Assembly (NCBI GenBank): GCA_973895155.1
Contig: OZ316891.1
Coordinates: forward strand, 7,557,808-7,621,807
Reading direction: 5' to 3'
Origin: Marsupella aquatica
Lineage: Eukaryota > Plantae > Marchantiophyta
Length of the DNA stretch: 64,000 nucleotides
In this document: positions 1-12,945 of the stretch, piece by piece
How the letters are laid out: every line of letters starts with the position of its first letter
How positions within the stretch are numbered: position 1 is the first letter of the stretch
Notes under the pieces: model-generated
Seen by the model: the letters and a program-made list of their open reading frames with translations, nothing else
Told to the model about the DNA's origin: nothing
The model's database searches: none
Made by a program: the position numbers and the translations under genes

Positions 1-254
1 CACACCAGCTCCTGAGGTCAACTGCCATCTGATCGTGGCGACAACACCGAGCCAAGGCAAGTCAAATGTCGTGCGGCCAGTCACTACTACAAGTGGGGCG
101 ACCACCCTGCTGCCTTGCCCAGTGCGCCAACTGTCGACTGCTGCACTCTTGCGGTCAACCTCCCACCACGCTCCTTCCCACCCCGATGACCCGGGCCGGC
201 CTTGCCTTGCCCCACTCCCTCCCTCTTCCCTTCTCCCCTGCCCGACTCTTTTTA

Positions 255-640
255 ACGACATTTTTTTACTTGACATCTTTTTAACGACATCTTTTTACTT
301 GACAACATCTTTCACATAACAACTTCTTTGGTGACACAACTTCTTTGTTTTAATGACATCTTTTTACTTGATGACATTGTTTACATAACAACATCATTGG
401 CAACACGACCCCGGACATGACCTCTATTTTCTTAATGATATCTTGGGCCGACATGACATCTTTTGTCTTAACAACATCTTGGCCAACATGACATTTTTTC
501 TCAAGGACGTCTTGGCAACAGGACATCTTTTTTCTCAACAACATCTTGGCCGACACGACGTCTTTTTTTCTCACTGACGTCTTGGCCGACACAACATCTT
601 TTTTCTCAATGACGTCTTGGCCGACACGACATCTTTTGTG
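255..640. repeat. Degenerate tandem repeat (about 30-35 bp units, GACATCTTTTTT / ACATCTTGGCCGACAC)
   Basis: Units such as 'caacatcttggccgacacgacgtctttttttc' recur about 10 times. The ORFs here are repeat artefacts. Confidence 0.85.
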
Positions 641-1052
641 CAATGCACAGGTATTGAGCTAGTGCAATTCTATTATGAACTTGACCTGAAAAGACAAATT
701 TCAAATTCAACAAGCTAGCAAGCATAGAAGGACTTTGAGCTGTTGGTGTACGCCACCATCCAGATCAAGTCAAGGGGGCTGGACTACATTATATCAAATA
801 ATGCAGAGGAAATTACAAAAACAACAGACTCCAAATACTGCTCAAGGTAGGTGAATGTATTGAACTAAAAACATAGTGAATGCCCCCCTTTATTTACATT
901 GAATTGCTTAATATAATTCATGACATGTTATGGATTTTGTTGAACTTGAGACAAACCAACAATTAGAGAATGTGAGCAGGGCATTGACTCCTCAGCACAC
1001 CAAAGTATTATTCAAACAGACAAACCTGGTGTGGGACTACATGATGGAAAAG

Positions 1053-1117
1053 TGGTTTGATAAGGGGAAGCTGTAGTTGGTGAAAGGTTTGATAAGGGGA
1101 AGATGTAGTTGGTGAAA
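1053..1117. repeat. Tandem duplication of about 32 bp
   Basis: 'ggtttgataaggggaag(c/a)tgtagttggtgaaa' occurs twice in tandem. Confidence 0.9.
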
Positions 1118-3881
1118 TTAGCAGTGACTCCACTCCCTCCAAACATTGTGCAGGATATTATAATGAGACAAACTTAAGCGAACAATCTTCACCTGGTTGC
1201 TCATGCACCATCCAATGCACAGTGTCACATCAATGATTATATGGGGAGACAGTTTCTGGTGGAGTTTGAAACAGAATGGAAATTTAGTGGTAAAGATTTG
1301 CAATGAGAAAAAAAAATTACCATCAGTATGAAATACTCAGCTAGTGAGACTCTACAATAACATTAAATTTTCCGGGTCATCTGTCTGACCGCAAGGATAA
1401 ACAAAGGGTCATCAAGAGATTTCCTGTGCAAATAATTTGACCTGGTACATGTGCAACACAGGTTAACCCTAGTACTGGTGAGTGGAATCCCTTAGTAAGT
1501 TTCCCCCTACTTCGCACTTATATCTCAAGGCAAGGCAAGTCCACTGTACGTCTCCCTTACCCGCATTCAAGGTGAGTTCCTTGAGAACCCATGCACACAA
1601 TTGGTGATTTCCCAGCTACATGAGTGCCTATTTCCACCACCCATGGGCTCAGGGGTTTCACTTCCACAAAAATGGCATATCACGTGCGACGAAGGATAGG
1701 GTCATTTTATTGGTTCTAAGAGAAGACTTAAGAATTTTTGTAGAAGAACAATACGGTCTTTTAAATTCAATTTTGAGACTTATAAGAATATTAGGGTCTT
1801 TTTAATCCAATTTTTAGAATATTCCGAGAATATTCCAACTTTATAGGGGTTAAAAATTAAAAAAAATTCTTACATTTTAGGGGGTCCGAGGCCTAAAAAC
1901 GTCATAGGCGATGGGAAGGTCCCCATATAGTGAGACCCCCGAGCCCATGGGCAAGCACGCATGTGCACAAGGAGAGATTAGACCTTGGCTGGGAATTTCC
2001 CAGGCTCATGTCCTGGCTATTGGACTATATATCCTTGCTTGCCAAAGGTGAGGTCAAAACAAATGAGGTTCGCAACAAATTATTAAATGAAAAAATTGGC
2101 TTCCAGAGAAATTGACACTTTTGAAGATGCAAAGCCAGTGTTATACTATAAAGAAATGTGAATAGACAAAGGAGGCAGACTATGGTTTTGGGGCTTTCGT
2201 TTGCCATGCTTTTGCCCCTTAATTTTGTACTTTTGTTTTTGAAATTCCCTTTTTTGGGTTTGTTCCCTGGTGACTTTTGTATACGCCTTTCCCTTTTCTG
2301 TTGGGATTTTTGGTCCTCCTGGGATTTTCTTGTGTCCCCTCCCCCCTTAATTGGGTCACTTTACTTAGGTCTTTTGGGGCTTTCTCTTGGTTTCTCCCCT
2401 TTATTGGGTCTCTTGCCTTTGGGTCTTGTCTTTAGTGGCTTTTTGTTCTTTATTGGTGTTGCAGTATGTCTGGATAGACTTTTTGGGCCTGTCATTTCTC
2501 CCTTTAGAGGTGTTTGGCTTGTGAAAACTAGAATCCCTGTCATTGATTTGGAGAGAGATTCAACGTGACAACTTCTTTAATGAGTGATACCTTTGGCAGT
2601 CTCCTTTCTTATCCTTCCTTTTTTTTCTTTTTTTCTTTTTTCTTTTTTCTTATCCATGTTTGCTGGTCTTAAAGTAGGAGTATTTATGAGGAGCATCTCA
2701 AGGAAGTAGCCTCTCCCGTAGACCACAACCTTTGACCTACAGACTCCCATGGACCAAACACTTTTGGACACCCAAAACAATTAAGGTCTATAAAGAAAAA
2801 TGGTAGGTGCATAAAAATAGCACTTGCCCCTTGGAGGGTTGGTTCTTGAGTTTTTGAAGTCTGATCTCCTTTATGGAGTTATTCTCTAGGGTCTCTAGTC
2901 AAATTTCTTTACGACCCTTTTTTACAGCTTACTCCATGACTCTACCAGACTTTTCAGTTTGTTGCTAAGTATGGCTTCAGTTGTCTTTTGCTATTGCTAG
3001 CGCCCTTGGTTTTCTTTGACTCTTTGGTCTAACTAGGTTTTCCCCTTGTTTCCTCCCTATTTTTGGGTCTCCTTGCTCTTGAAGCTTGTCTCGAGTTTGG
3101 CAGTGTAGATATATAGCTGTTCTCTGTTTTGTACCAGTGCTGCTTCTTTACTCTCAACCGTGGGTTTTCACGGAATTAAGCTCACAAAAATTCTCAAGAA
3201 CAAAAAGTAATGCCTGGTCCATGTAGTCCATCTACAGTAGGAGCTTCCGTTTTGGATCCCAGGATTAGATATGGTACGTAAGGTTCTACTGTATTTATGT
3301 TGCATATCCCCAAGCATCCCAAAAGGTACAGTTCCACAGCCAGGGACGATGCCAAGGTGGAAGTCCGAGAGTCTCATACACCCAGGTTCCTACAGCAGCA
3401 GAGCCCTATTTTTATTGCAAACATTGGCCAAATTTCACCTCACCAAGAACTGTTAGCTCACTTGAGTAGTGAGAGTGATAGGTCTTGGGTTAACTATTGT
3501 GGCTGACTATTCCCTTTGTGTGGGGTTTCACAGATTTTCTCTTTAAAAATAAAAAGTAAAAAATCCTCATTAGCCCAAATCTGAGGGTGGTTATCTTAAA
3601 TCTAGAGACAAATACTCACAAACTAATCTAGGAAAATTTTAAAAATTAATATTCTCAGCATCTCCTCTTGAGAAATTACTAGTGTGAACTTTAGTGGATG
3701 AGTGTATATTGAAGCTTTAAAGTTGTCAGGTCATGTTATTGTGTCTTAGGGTCCATTAGGGTCAGGTCATTGTGTCTTTTGCCAGGTTTTCTGTATTTGA
3801 TCAGCCAGCTTTGTAAAGGCTCCACTAACCTGAATGTGATGATCATTCTAGGGAAATCTAGGAGTCAATATTCATCCAGGA

Positions 3882-4100
3882 AAGGCTTATGACTGTGTAA
3901 ATCACACCTTCATGTGGGACACCATGAAACAAATGAACTTCCATAAGCTCATTCAGCTTCCCCAAGGCCTCATGCTACATGCCATATCCAAGGTCCATGT
4001 GAATGGAGGGTTCACAAAGGAAACCCTCCTTGAAAGAGGGGTTGGACAGGGATGTCCAGCATCCTCCCTTCGTTTTGCACTTTCCACACAACCAGTTATG
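3882..4100 (+). mobile_element. Decayed LINE (L1-type) reverse transcriptase fragment
   Basis: In-frame KAYDCVNHTFMWDTM...LERGVGQGCPASSLRFALSTQP resembles the non-LTR RT motifs KAYDxV and RGVRQGCPLxPLLF. The fragment is truncated. Confidence 0.75.
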
Positions 4101-5639
4101 TGTCTGTTGGATTGGGGGAAGGGCTTGCTACTGTGGAAATCAGAGCCACTGACGGACATAATGCCAGGCCAACCAGCACCCATGCAGGCACAAACTAGGA
4201 TTAGTAAGATCTGCCTCACCTTCCTTTGGTTGTGTAGTGATAGTCATTTCTGGTTTAAGCGCATTTATGAACAAATTAAGAGTAGGTCTTATTATCTTTG
4301 TGGTAGCAACTGGCACCCTAGCCAGGTGGAAGAACCCCCTTCATATGGGCATTTTTATTATGGACCCCCATGGGATGCATGTGCAGACACATTAATATGA
4401 TTTGTCACAAACAAGAACTGTTAGTTATGGAAGATGAGCCAAATTTGAATATTTGTGTTTGAGGCAAGGCAAAGAAAAACACCCAGAAAAACAATTACCT
4501 TGTAACTGTAAAAACAATGGAAAACTGAAAAGTAACACTACAAGTAAACAAAGAAAAGGGTAAAATAAAATAATCTTTGGATGAGTTGTGATTGATATAT
4601 CAGTGTTTTCTGGTAATCTGATTTAATTTTCTATTTAATTTACACATTTTTGAAATAATGACAAGTAGAAAAAAACTCTTCAACTACTCTAACATTTACC
4701 AAGATAACATAAGAAACCCCCAAAACTTCTCTAACATTTACCAAGTTAAGTGACGAAACCCTTTGGCTACTACGGATATGAGTATAACAAGCAAAGATAA
4801 GAAACACCATAGTTTCTATGGGTAGAGGAATACCAAGGGACTTTAAGACCTTTCAACTACCATGGACAAAGTAATATTTGCATGAACTATTTGGAAGGTT
4901 ACATATTGTATAGACATGAGGTACTAAGGCAAAATTTTGCATGGATAAAGAATTACCCTTGGTATTCAATGAATGTACTCTTATTTTCCTTCAATGAAAT
5001 AGTCATAACTAGCTTTATAATTCACTTCAATTAGAATCCTCCATTTACTATGTGTCCTCTCATCTATCTATAATTCTAATGTGCAACTATTTATGGCTCC
5101 AAATAATTCAATAAAGCAAGCTTACATAACCAAGGGGTCCTTGAACTAATTTCTTATTGGTGGCCCATCCAGTAGGATGGCCAGACGGTGCACTGGATGT
5201 GGAACTATAGGTGGACTCAGCTTTTGGCCATTTTGAGGGGGCTGATTTGGACCATGGCTGTCCCAAGGTCTTGACCTAGGGGCCTGGGCCTTATTGTTTG
5301 TGCCCGGTGGTGTTGTGGCTTCCTCAGAGCCCTTTGCCTTGTACCAGCTGGGCTTTGCTCCTTGTCTCCCGCTGGTTCTCGCCGTGGGTTTCTTGGGGGC
5401 TTGCTCTGTTTTGAATACATTTCTTTTATTTAAAAACAAACACCCTTGGGTACTCTTAAATCTACTAGCATGACTACCCATTCTTTTGAACTTAAATATA
5501 CATAGGTGAGTACAAAAAACCTTGCCAGCAAAAAAATTCTTATTATTGACACTCATTTATGATTTGCTCCCATTCCATGCACCCCAAAATTAAGTGACAC
5601 ACTCATAGTTACAATCTAGAATCTTCACACTAGACCTAG

Positions 5640-6345
5640 GCCATAAAGGCAGGTTTTAATCTTAAATAACTAGCAAGATGGAAAGTAATCAAGGGTAGCT
5701 GTTAAATTTAGCAAGATCTGAGGGCCAGAAATAAATCCAGGAGAATTGATTATGGAAAATTCTTAAAATAACCTTCCCTACTACTCGGGATGGGTCCTTC
5801 CCCTATAGCACTGTATAGCCAAGGGAATGACTGATGTATCATCCACAATTCCACACCCTTGATTACCCTGAAATCTACCAGCATGACTACCCGTGCCATA
5901 AAAGCAGGTTTGATCGTGAATCACTCCTAAGATGAAAAATAATTAAGGGTTGATGCTAAATTTAGGGAGATCTAAGGGTCAGAAATAAATCCACGACATC
6001 ATCCAGTATTCCACACCCTTGATTACCCTGAATTCTACCAGTATGACTACCCGTGCCATAAAAGGAGGTTTTGATAGTGAATCACTGGTAAGATGGAAAG
6101 TAATTAAGGGTTGCTCTTAAATATAGGGAGATCTAATTAAGGGTCAAATAATCCAGGAGAATTGATACACTGGTAAGATGGAAAGTAATTAAGGGTCACC
6201 CTTAAATTTAGGGAGATCTAAGGGTCAGAAATAAATCCAAGAGAATTGATACACCGGTAAGATAGAAAGTAATTAAGGGTTGGTCTTAAATATAGGGAGA
6301 TCCAAGGGTCAGAAATAAATCCGGGAGAATTGATAAGGGAATAAA
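5640..6345. repeat. Degenerate tandem array (GAAAGTAATTAAGGG...TAAATTTAGGGAGATCTAAGGGTCAGAAATAAATCC units) upstream of gene 1
   Basis: About five diverged copies are visible, near 5680, 5935, 6095, 6180 and 6265. Confidence 0.85.
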
Positions 6346-6465
6346 ATTATCTTGCCTACTACTCAGGAGTCAGGACGGGGTCCTTCCCCTACAGAACAGT
6401 TCTGTACTACTGTATAGCGAAGCGAAGGGAACGACTGATTTATCATCCACAACAATTCCGCACCT

Positions 6466-6552
6466 CTGTCCTCCTTCTCTTCTCTTCTCTCCTCTCCTCT
6501 CCTCTCCTCTCTCCTCCTCTCCTCTTCTCTTCTCTTCTCTTCTCTTCTCTTC
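6466..6552 (+). repeat. CT-rich microsatellite (CTTCT/CTCCT), probable TSS / 5'UTR region of gene 1
   Basis: Pure pyrimidine tract, typical of plant 5'UTRs, followed by the donor CCG|GTAAG near 6673. Confidence 0.8.
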
Positions 6553-6865
6553 TGATCTGATCTCCGTTCGATCTGCTCGACCTCGATCGATCTCTCGCAC
6601 GACCATCATCACCGCCCCGGCTCGGCTCTGCTCCTGCGCTGCTCTGCTCTGCTCTTCCTTGAGCGATTCCCCGGTAAGAGTTTGTCTCTGGCATGTTTCT
6701 TCGTCGCCATTATCGGAACCTTGGCCCTCGGGAATGGTGTTCTTTGCACTTTTTTTAGAAAAAGTGTGTGTATTGCCTCTGAGCATTTAGCAGCGTTGCT
6801 CGTTGCACGAATGTGTGGCAGCCTCTGCATTCCCTCGATTTTGCTGTGCGCCGCGCCCCCCGCCT

Positions 6866-6914
6866 CGCCTCGTCTCGTCTCGTCTCGTCTCGTCTCGTCT
6901 CGTCTCGTCTCGTC
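6866..6914 (+). repeat. (CTCGT)n microsatellite in a probable 5'UTR intron
   Basis: About 9 pentamer units. A short candidate exon follows at 6976-6995 (tgcag|GGAAG...GCAG|gtagg). Confidence 0.85.
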
Positions 6915-8305
6915 TTGCCTTCTATCGTTGTGGTGGTCGTGTGGACGGGCGCTTTGATGAATTGCTTGTGTGCAGGGAAGTACGAGTTCGTGCAGGTAGG
7001 TTTTGCGATTTAGGAATGAATGGATGAATGAGAAATTTGTGATCTATAGGGGGGTGAGGAGGGCCTTGACTTCCGGGGGATTTCAATCTCCAGTTCACAC
7101 CAGGTGTGCGTGTGGGCCAGAGAGAGTCTTATCTTACATATTTGGCCCTTTGCTGGCTTGACATTACAGAGATATGGTTTGGTTTCCTCCTCTAGGTTTT
7201 ACCTCGGTTTCTTCGGGCCAGGCCATTGAGATTGTTTGTTTTCCTCGCCCCAGATAGGCAGGCTTTCGTGTTTCCGGGTGTTGGAAATGGCATTGATTCT
7301 CGTAGCCGGGCGACCAACGGACGGGTTGTATTACTAGCATGGCAGAGGCTGTGCCTGGTGAAGGAACTCCCCGTTCAGAAATTGAACTCGGAATTGCTGC
7401 GGATTCGGAGTGTAAGTTTAGAGTCGTGAGGTTGTTTGTGGAGTAGGTTGGTGGTCCGTATTGGCACGCTTCTGCTTTTGGTTTGTTCCGCGGATTCGCA
7501 TTGCCGAAGACTTGTGTAAAACCTAGGCTTAGAGGGACCGGGGCACTCCTGGTTCGTGCCCAAGATTGTCTTGCGTTCGTCCGAGATTCGTTCTCCGGCA
7601 GGCTCTGGAAGACCTGGGCAGCTCAAGAGCCATGTAGATTCTTTAATTGCATGTCATTTAGTCGTCTTCCTTCTGCTGTTGTCTAGACTAGAGTGGCTGC
7701 GCCCTTTCCGTGTGCTTCTTCTCGGTGATTATCTCTGTTTGTTGTGTTTTGTGAGGATTAGCGCTAACTCATACAGGAAGGCTGCCGTTCTTACTTTAAT
7801 TCAATTGTTCGATTGGATTCCAGTTGTGTCTGTTCTGAAAGTACTCGTACTGTCATTGTGTGGCAGCCGTTCGGCATTCCTTAGGAGCGGCCAACGAGAA
7901 GGTTATCAATGACGGTGGTTTTGGACAGGCTTCTCTTTCGATGACAGTGGAAGCATGATGTAGTTCGTTTGGGCAGGACTACCGGTGGGTCCAGTGAGGA
8001 TTGAGTGGTTCCTTAGACTTGGCCTCGAGTAGATCTGCAAGTGACAAGACTTGAGACTTGGTCTCATACAGGCCGTGTTTCATTTCGCCCCGTTGCTGCA
8101 GTATTATATCGGATTGGATATCATCGGCTTGTTTGGAGCAATCAAAGCAAGATCGTTTTCGTGGTAACGGGCCTCTATGTCTATGTCTTCGCATTCTCGG
8201 AGTTCGCGCTGAGGCTGAAGCGAAGGCACTCACACCGGAAGGAAGCTACGGTAGTTGTCCAGCAACAGAGATACTTTGATACTATATGAGAGAGTTGAGG
8301 AGGAA

Positions 8306-11148
8306 ATGCCATTGGTGGAAAGTGTTGCAGTAGGGCCAAGCCCTGGGCCACTTCCCTTTTCTGCCATAGCGAGCTCTAGAAAAGAGAAGAAAAAACAAGC
8401 CAAGGAAGAAAGAGACCGTCTGAAGCAAGCAGAGAAGAAGAAACGGCGGCTGGAGAAAGCACTTGCAACAGCCGCGGCTATCCGAACCGAGCTTGAGAAG
8501 AAGAAACAGAGAAGGAAAGAGGAGGAGCAACGGTTGGATGAGGAAGGTGCAGCTCTCGCCGAAGCTGTGGCTTTGCAAGTACTGGTAGATGAGGATACCG
8601 ATGGTGTGGCAAGGTTCGGGGTTTCAAAGGTGGGTGAAACAAAGGCAGTAGAGGAGGAGGAAGATGACAGTAGAGCTATGATCGTCGTGGATAGAGTTGA
8701 GGAGAGCGGAAATGTCGGTCCCTGTCTAGGAGTCAGAAGAAGAGAGAATGGTCAGCACAATGGGCTCAAGAGACATGGGAGCTTCAAGTACTCTGGCGGT
8801 GCGGAAAGCTCTCACCGAGCTTCTCATGACAGGGAGATGGAGTGGAACGCCAGTGAGTGGGATGCGGTGGAACAAGGTGCTGTGTCGAGTTCCCGAGAGG
8901 ACATGGGTGTAGAGAGTGAGCTAGTTGAGGGGGGGGAAGGTGGAACGTGGGAAGTTTACAGTACCGCTGAGGAGAAAGCCCGAGCCAGCAATGAGAAGGC
9001 GAGAGCTGCAGAGATGGCTGCTGGATTGGCCGCAGCACAAGCAGTTGCTGCTCTTCGTATTGCAGAGGAAGCCAGAGCAGAAGCAGAGGCTGCAAAGAAG
9101 GCTGCCGAAGCTGCCATGAATGAGGCCCTTGATCGTGGAGATTCACAACAGAAGCCAGAGTTCCTTGATGAGGTAGTGTTATTGCCTGAGTCGCTTGTCG
9201 AAAATCCTGACTAATTGCCCTTGAAAGCCATGCATCTTAGGGATATCTTCCCATGTGTGTGCAATTTCTTTCCTCTGTTTGCGGTTTATTCAATTATGAC
9301 CCCATGCATGTTACAGGCGTCTCTATTCCTATTATCTTAAGGCAAGCAGTTTGGTTTGAAAGGTGGACTTTGGGTGTTTCCATCTCTGTTTCCCTCCTGT
9401 GCTGCTCTCTCATTGCGTCTGTGCATGTCAGTCGATCTTTGTTCTTTGATCTTGTGTCGAAATTGGACTGTCTTATGAAGGAGGGTTTTGAGCTCTGGGA
9501 ATTTCAAGTGGTGAATTCCTTTCGTTGTCTCTTTTCCTTTTGGCTTTTATCTTAGAATCAAACAGCAGATGTTTTTCTCAAACGTCTAGCATATTTTCCC
9601 ACCTATCCTGCTCTACGTTTTCCCAATCTCTAGTAAGACCAGATTTCTAGTCTTCATTTTGCAATGTGGATGGGTTGTCAAAGTTAGGATTTCTGTGGGG
9701 TCAACCGCAAGCCTGTATCGTTATCTTGAAGCTCCTCCAGCTCAATTCTTGGACCCCATTGTCAAAACTTTAAGGTTGTTTCAATTGGACCCGTAAATCA
9801 TCCGATACTTGAAAACTCATGTGGAACAAATTTGACAGCTTGACGTTTTTAACAAACTTTCGTGGATATATATATAGCCAAATTTTTATGTTGACACAAC
9901 TGGATCTCATCCTATGAGGTATGGGCTGTGGATGGCAGCAACCTCGAAATCGCCGATTCGAATTGTGATACTTGCAAGTTGACATATTAATAGAATTGTC
10001 TGTGTGGTGTGCTTAGTTCTTCTTGAGGTATCACTCATTATTCTCGCGCAGATTCATAAGAACTTGATTTAAAAACCTGAAACATTGGGGGAAGGAATGA
10101 ACTTCATGAGCAACCAAACTAGCTTCATCAAGGGTGGTTACTGTAGGGTAGTCTTTCCTGCTTTGTTGTCCGTGTAGAATATGCATGACAATACTTAGGA
10201 TTACGGGTAATAGTTTTGCTTGTCTGGAATGACTGCACCGTTTGTAAAACTTCTGCCTAAACTGCAGCCATAGACAATTGCATACCTACTGTGTGGTTAA
10301 AATTTAGTTGTGCCCAAACCTGTTTATAGATTTGTTGACTTTTTTGCCCTGCCTGTTTTATTCGATTCGTAGACTTGTACGTTTCTTGCATGAGATTGCT
10401 ATCACGTTCTTGGCATGACACCAGGGCACCTGACTGCCTTCAAAGGTGAGGGTGTAGCCCTCCATCTGAGAAGTGACTTATTCTCATGGTTTTTTTTTCT
10501 GGTTGCCCTAGTCAGCAGTTGTTTCCCTTAGTTAAACTGAAAGCTGCTTCTGGTCGGAGTTTTCTTTTACTTTCTAGCACACCCCACTTCACGTTTTATT
10601 TTGCTGTGTGTTGGTATGTTCTTCTTTTCTCGGCATTTAGTTTTGAAGGAATCGGCTTCTTCTTGCCGTAGGGAAGTGGTTTGGGTATTCTACGTAAGTC
10701 CCTGCAAATTGTTCATTAATAAGAAGTTCGTCAATTTCATCAGCCGTGAAGTAGTCCGTTGTCCTGTGTTGTTGCAGTAAGATATGTAAGCTGATGTTTT
10801 CCAAGAAGCAGTCGTCATGAATTCGCGAAGGCTTCGAGACTAACTGGGGGTTGTGGTGTTCCGTTGTAGAGCAAAGCGCAACCAAGAAGCGTTGAGAAGG
10901 AGAGGGATGAGCTGAAAACACGACTGGAGGACACAGAGAGGAAATTGAAAGAGAAAACTGTGCGTGTATCAGAGCTGGAGCAAAATCTTGAAAGAGTAAC
11001 ACATTATTTTCTTGAATTTAAAGCCATGTATGAAGGGTTCAAAGGCGAGACACTTGAAATTTGTGATGTTTCAAAGGAGACTGGAGGGAGCTCCGAGAGG
11101 GAAGATACAACACCTGCGGAGTCATCAGGTGGAACTGTAGATGAATGA
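8306..11148 (+). CDS. Uncharacterised plant coiled-coil protein resembling the Arabidopsis At4g25670/At4g25690/At5g52550 family. Exons 8306-9172 and 10870-11148.
   Basis: ATG at 8306. Conserved-looking block KKKQAKEERDRLKQAEKKKRRLEKALATAAAIRTELEKKKQRRKEEEQRLDEEGAALAEAVALQVL. Donor GAG|GTAGT at 9172 and acceptor TTGTAG| at 10869 join in phase 0 to the frame of ORF 10945-11148. The family assignment is from memory. Confidence 0.8.
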
Positions 11149-12214
11149 CTTTCTCAAGAAAAATGCTAATGTTGTGGTGGAAATGTCTGCAAAGATGATT
11201 CAGCCAGGATGGCTGCTGATACTGCAAATCCTTCTCTACCTCGTCGCATTTATATGTAGGTTTTTGAGGAAATTCTTTCAAATATTTCAAGCTTTTAAGC
11301 CTGAGCGAGGGTTAAGGGTTTGCAGTCGTGGCCAGCTCCGAAGTTGGAGCTGGCCGTTGCAGGCAGGAACTGTAGTATATTGTAACAAGGCTTATTGAAA
11401 CTTGAAACGTTTCCGCTGACTCCTTTTCAGTGGTATTTTATCTTCGACTCGGAAATGTGAGTAAAACTTGGTACCTTGCATTTTATCATTCCCTCTCCAT
11501 TATTAGTACCTAGCTATTAGAGCACTGGATTCATTTTAGACCCAGTGTGCTCTGCCCTCGGACCGCCGTCTGTTGAGTTGAAATAGAGGACTGAGGCTTT
11601 CACATGGCATTTTCTTAGGAAGCAGCAGAGCAGAGTTTGATCTCCTTGTTTTGTTTTTCGATGGTTCTGTCCTATGGTTGGGCTCGAGATCGACTTATGA
11701 CTTGTGATGCGTGGTTATTGCCTTTGGAAGTGGATATGTTTCTTTGCAAATTTTGCATATTACAGCAAAATTGAAATGTATGGATTTTTAAATATCCGCG
11801 TCAACCGAGATGGACGGGTATTCGAATTATCGTAATTAGAAATGGTACGTGAAGCGCCCTCTGATGTCTACAGGAATAATTTATGTCCAGACATGCTAAG
11901 AAGGAAGGTTTTGTTTTTCACCAAAGACTGAATGTAAGAAGTTGCTGTACATCTCTTTCTTCGATGCCTCAGGTCTCTACTTCTACTGCCATGACTGATT
12001 TGGCCAAGCTAGTTATTGCTAATGTGAAGTAGTTTCCTTTTGGGTCAAGGTCATTGTCCTCGTAAATCGTGGTATTTTGTTAACCTGGACCTCCGAACTT
12101 ATGAATTAATTTACTCTCGCCAGTCACGATCATGATGAAATTGAACTGTGCCGAAGATCAAGATGTTTTTCGGCTAGGCATCCCGTCTTATTGTTAGTCG
12201 CTGGCAGATCAGTG

Positions 12215-12500
12215 CAAATTTGTGAGATTGGCGGCATGCACGAACGCAAGTGGTGTATGCAGTAAGCTATTTCGAGTTCAATGTCGCTCATGTGAATCAC
12301 ATACAAATTTGTGAGATTGGAGTCCTGGAACGATTACAAGTGGTGAATGCAGAAACTCGAACAGATGCAGTAAGCTATTTCGAGTTCAATCTTTCGAGTT
12401 CAATGTCGCTCATGTGAATCACATACAAATTTGTGAGATTGGAGTCCTGGAACGATTACAAGTGGTGAATGCAGAAACTCGAACAGTTCAATGTGTATGT
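12215..12500. repeat. Local tandem triplication (about 90-120 bp unit)
   Basis: 'aaatttgtgagattgg...caagtggtg...ttcgagttcaatgtcgctcatgtgaatcacatac' is repeated. Confidence 0.85.
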
Positions 12501-12945
12501 TACGTGAATCTCAAACGGTAGATCTGAAGATGAGGTCCAACATCTGTCACGTTCAATGACCTTTGCGGAAGACTTCATTTTGCCGACGTGTCATAGGAAC
12601 TGTTTCGCATCAGTAACGTGAGCCATATGTTTGAGAGTGCATCTACGTAAGTCGTTGATTTTACAGTCCGCAGAGTCTCTACAACTTGTAATCGTTGCAA
12701 CATTGCCTCCAGTACTCTCTCGCTATCGCAAACCAGCTCAGCTTGAAAACTGTAGCCGATGAAAAATCTGGATTTAAAGGTTACTGAGCAAACTGGAGAA
12801 CGAAAAGCTTGGGGAAGCTTCAGTCCAAAGCTAATCATGAGGGTGTCTCAAATACAATTGTGTTTTGCGAGTGACCTCGTCTGGGATGGATGGATTTTTG
12901 TGAGTGACCCATCTTGGAGTGTCGTGACCCGGGGTAGCAGGGACA

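Noticed and set aside
255-640. Regularly spaced repeats as a CRISPR-like array
   Set aside because: The units are degenerate and have no unique spacers. The context is eukaryotic and there are no cas genes.
2158-2568. Hydrophobic 136-aa ORF (similar ORFs at 45839-46225 and 44070-44357)
   Set aside because: T-rich low-complexity sequence recurring in intergenic DNA, with non-ATG starts. It is probably a repeat or LINE-tail relic, not a membrane protein.
6370-7027. ORFs with EEKRR or SRLVS repeats
   Set aside because: These are translations of microsatellites in the 5'UTR and intron.
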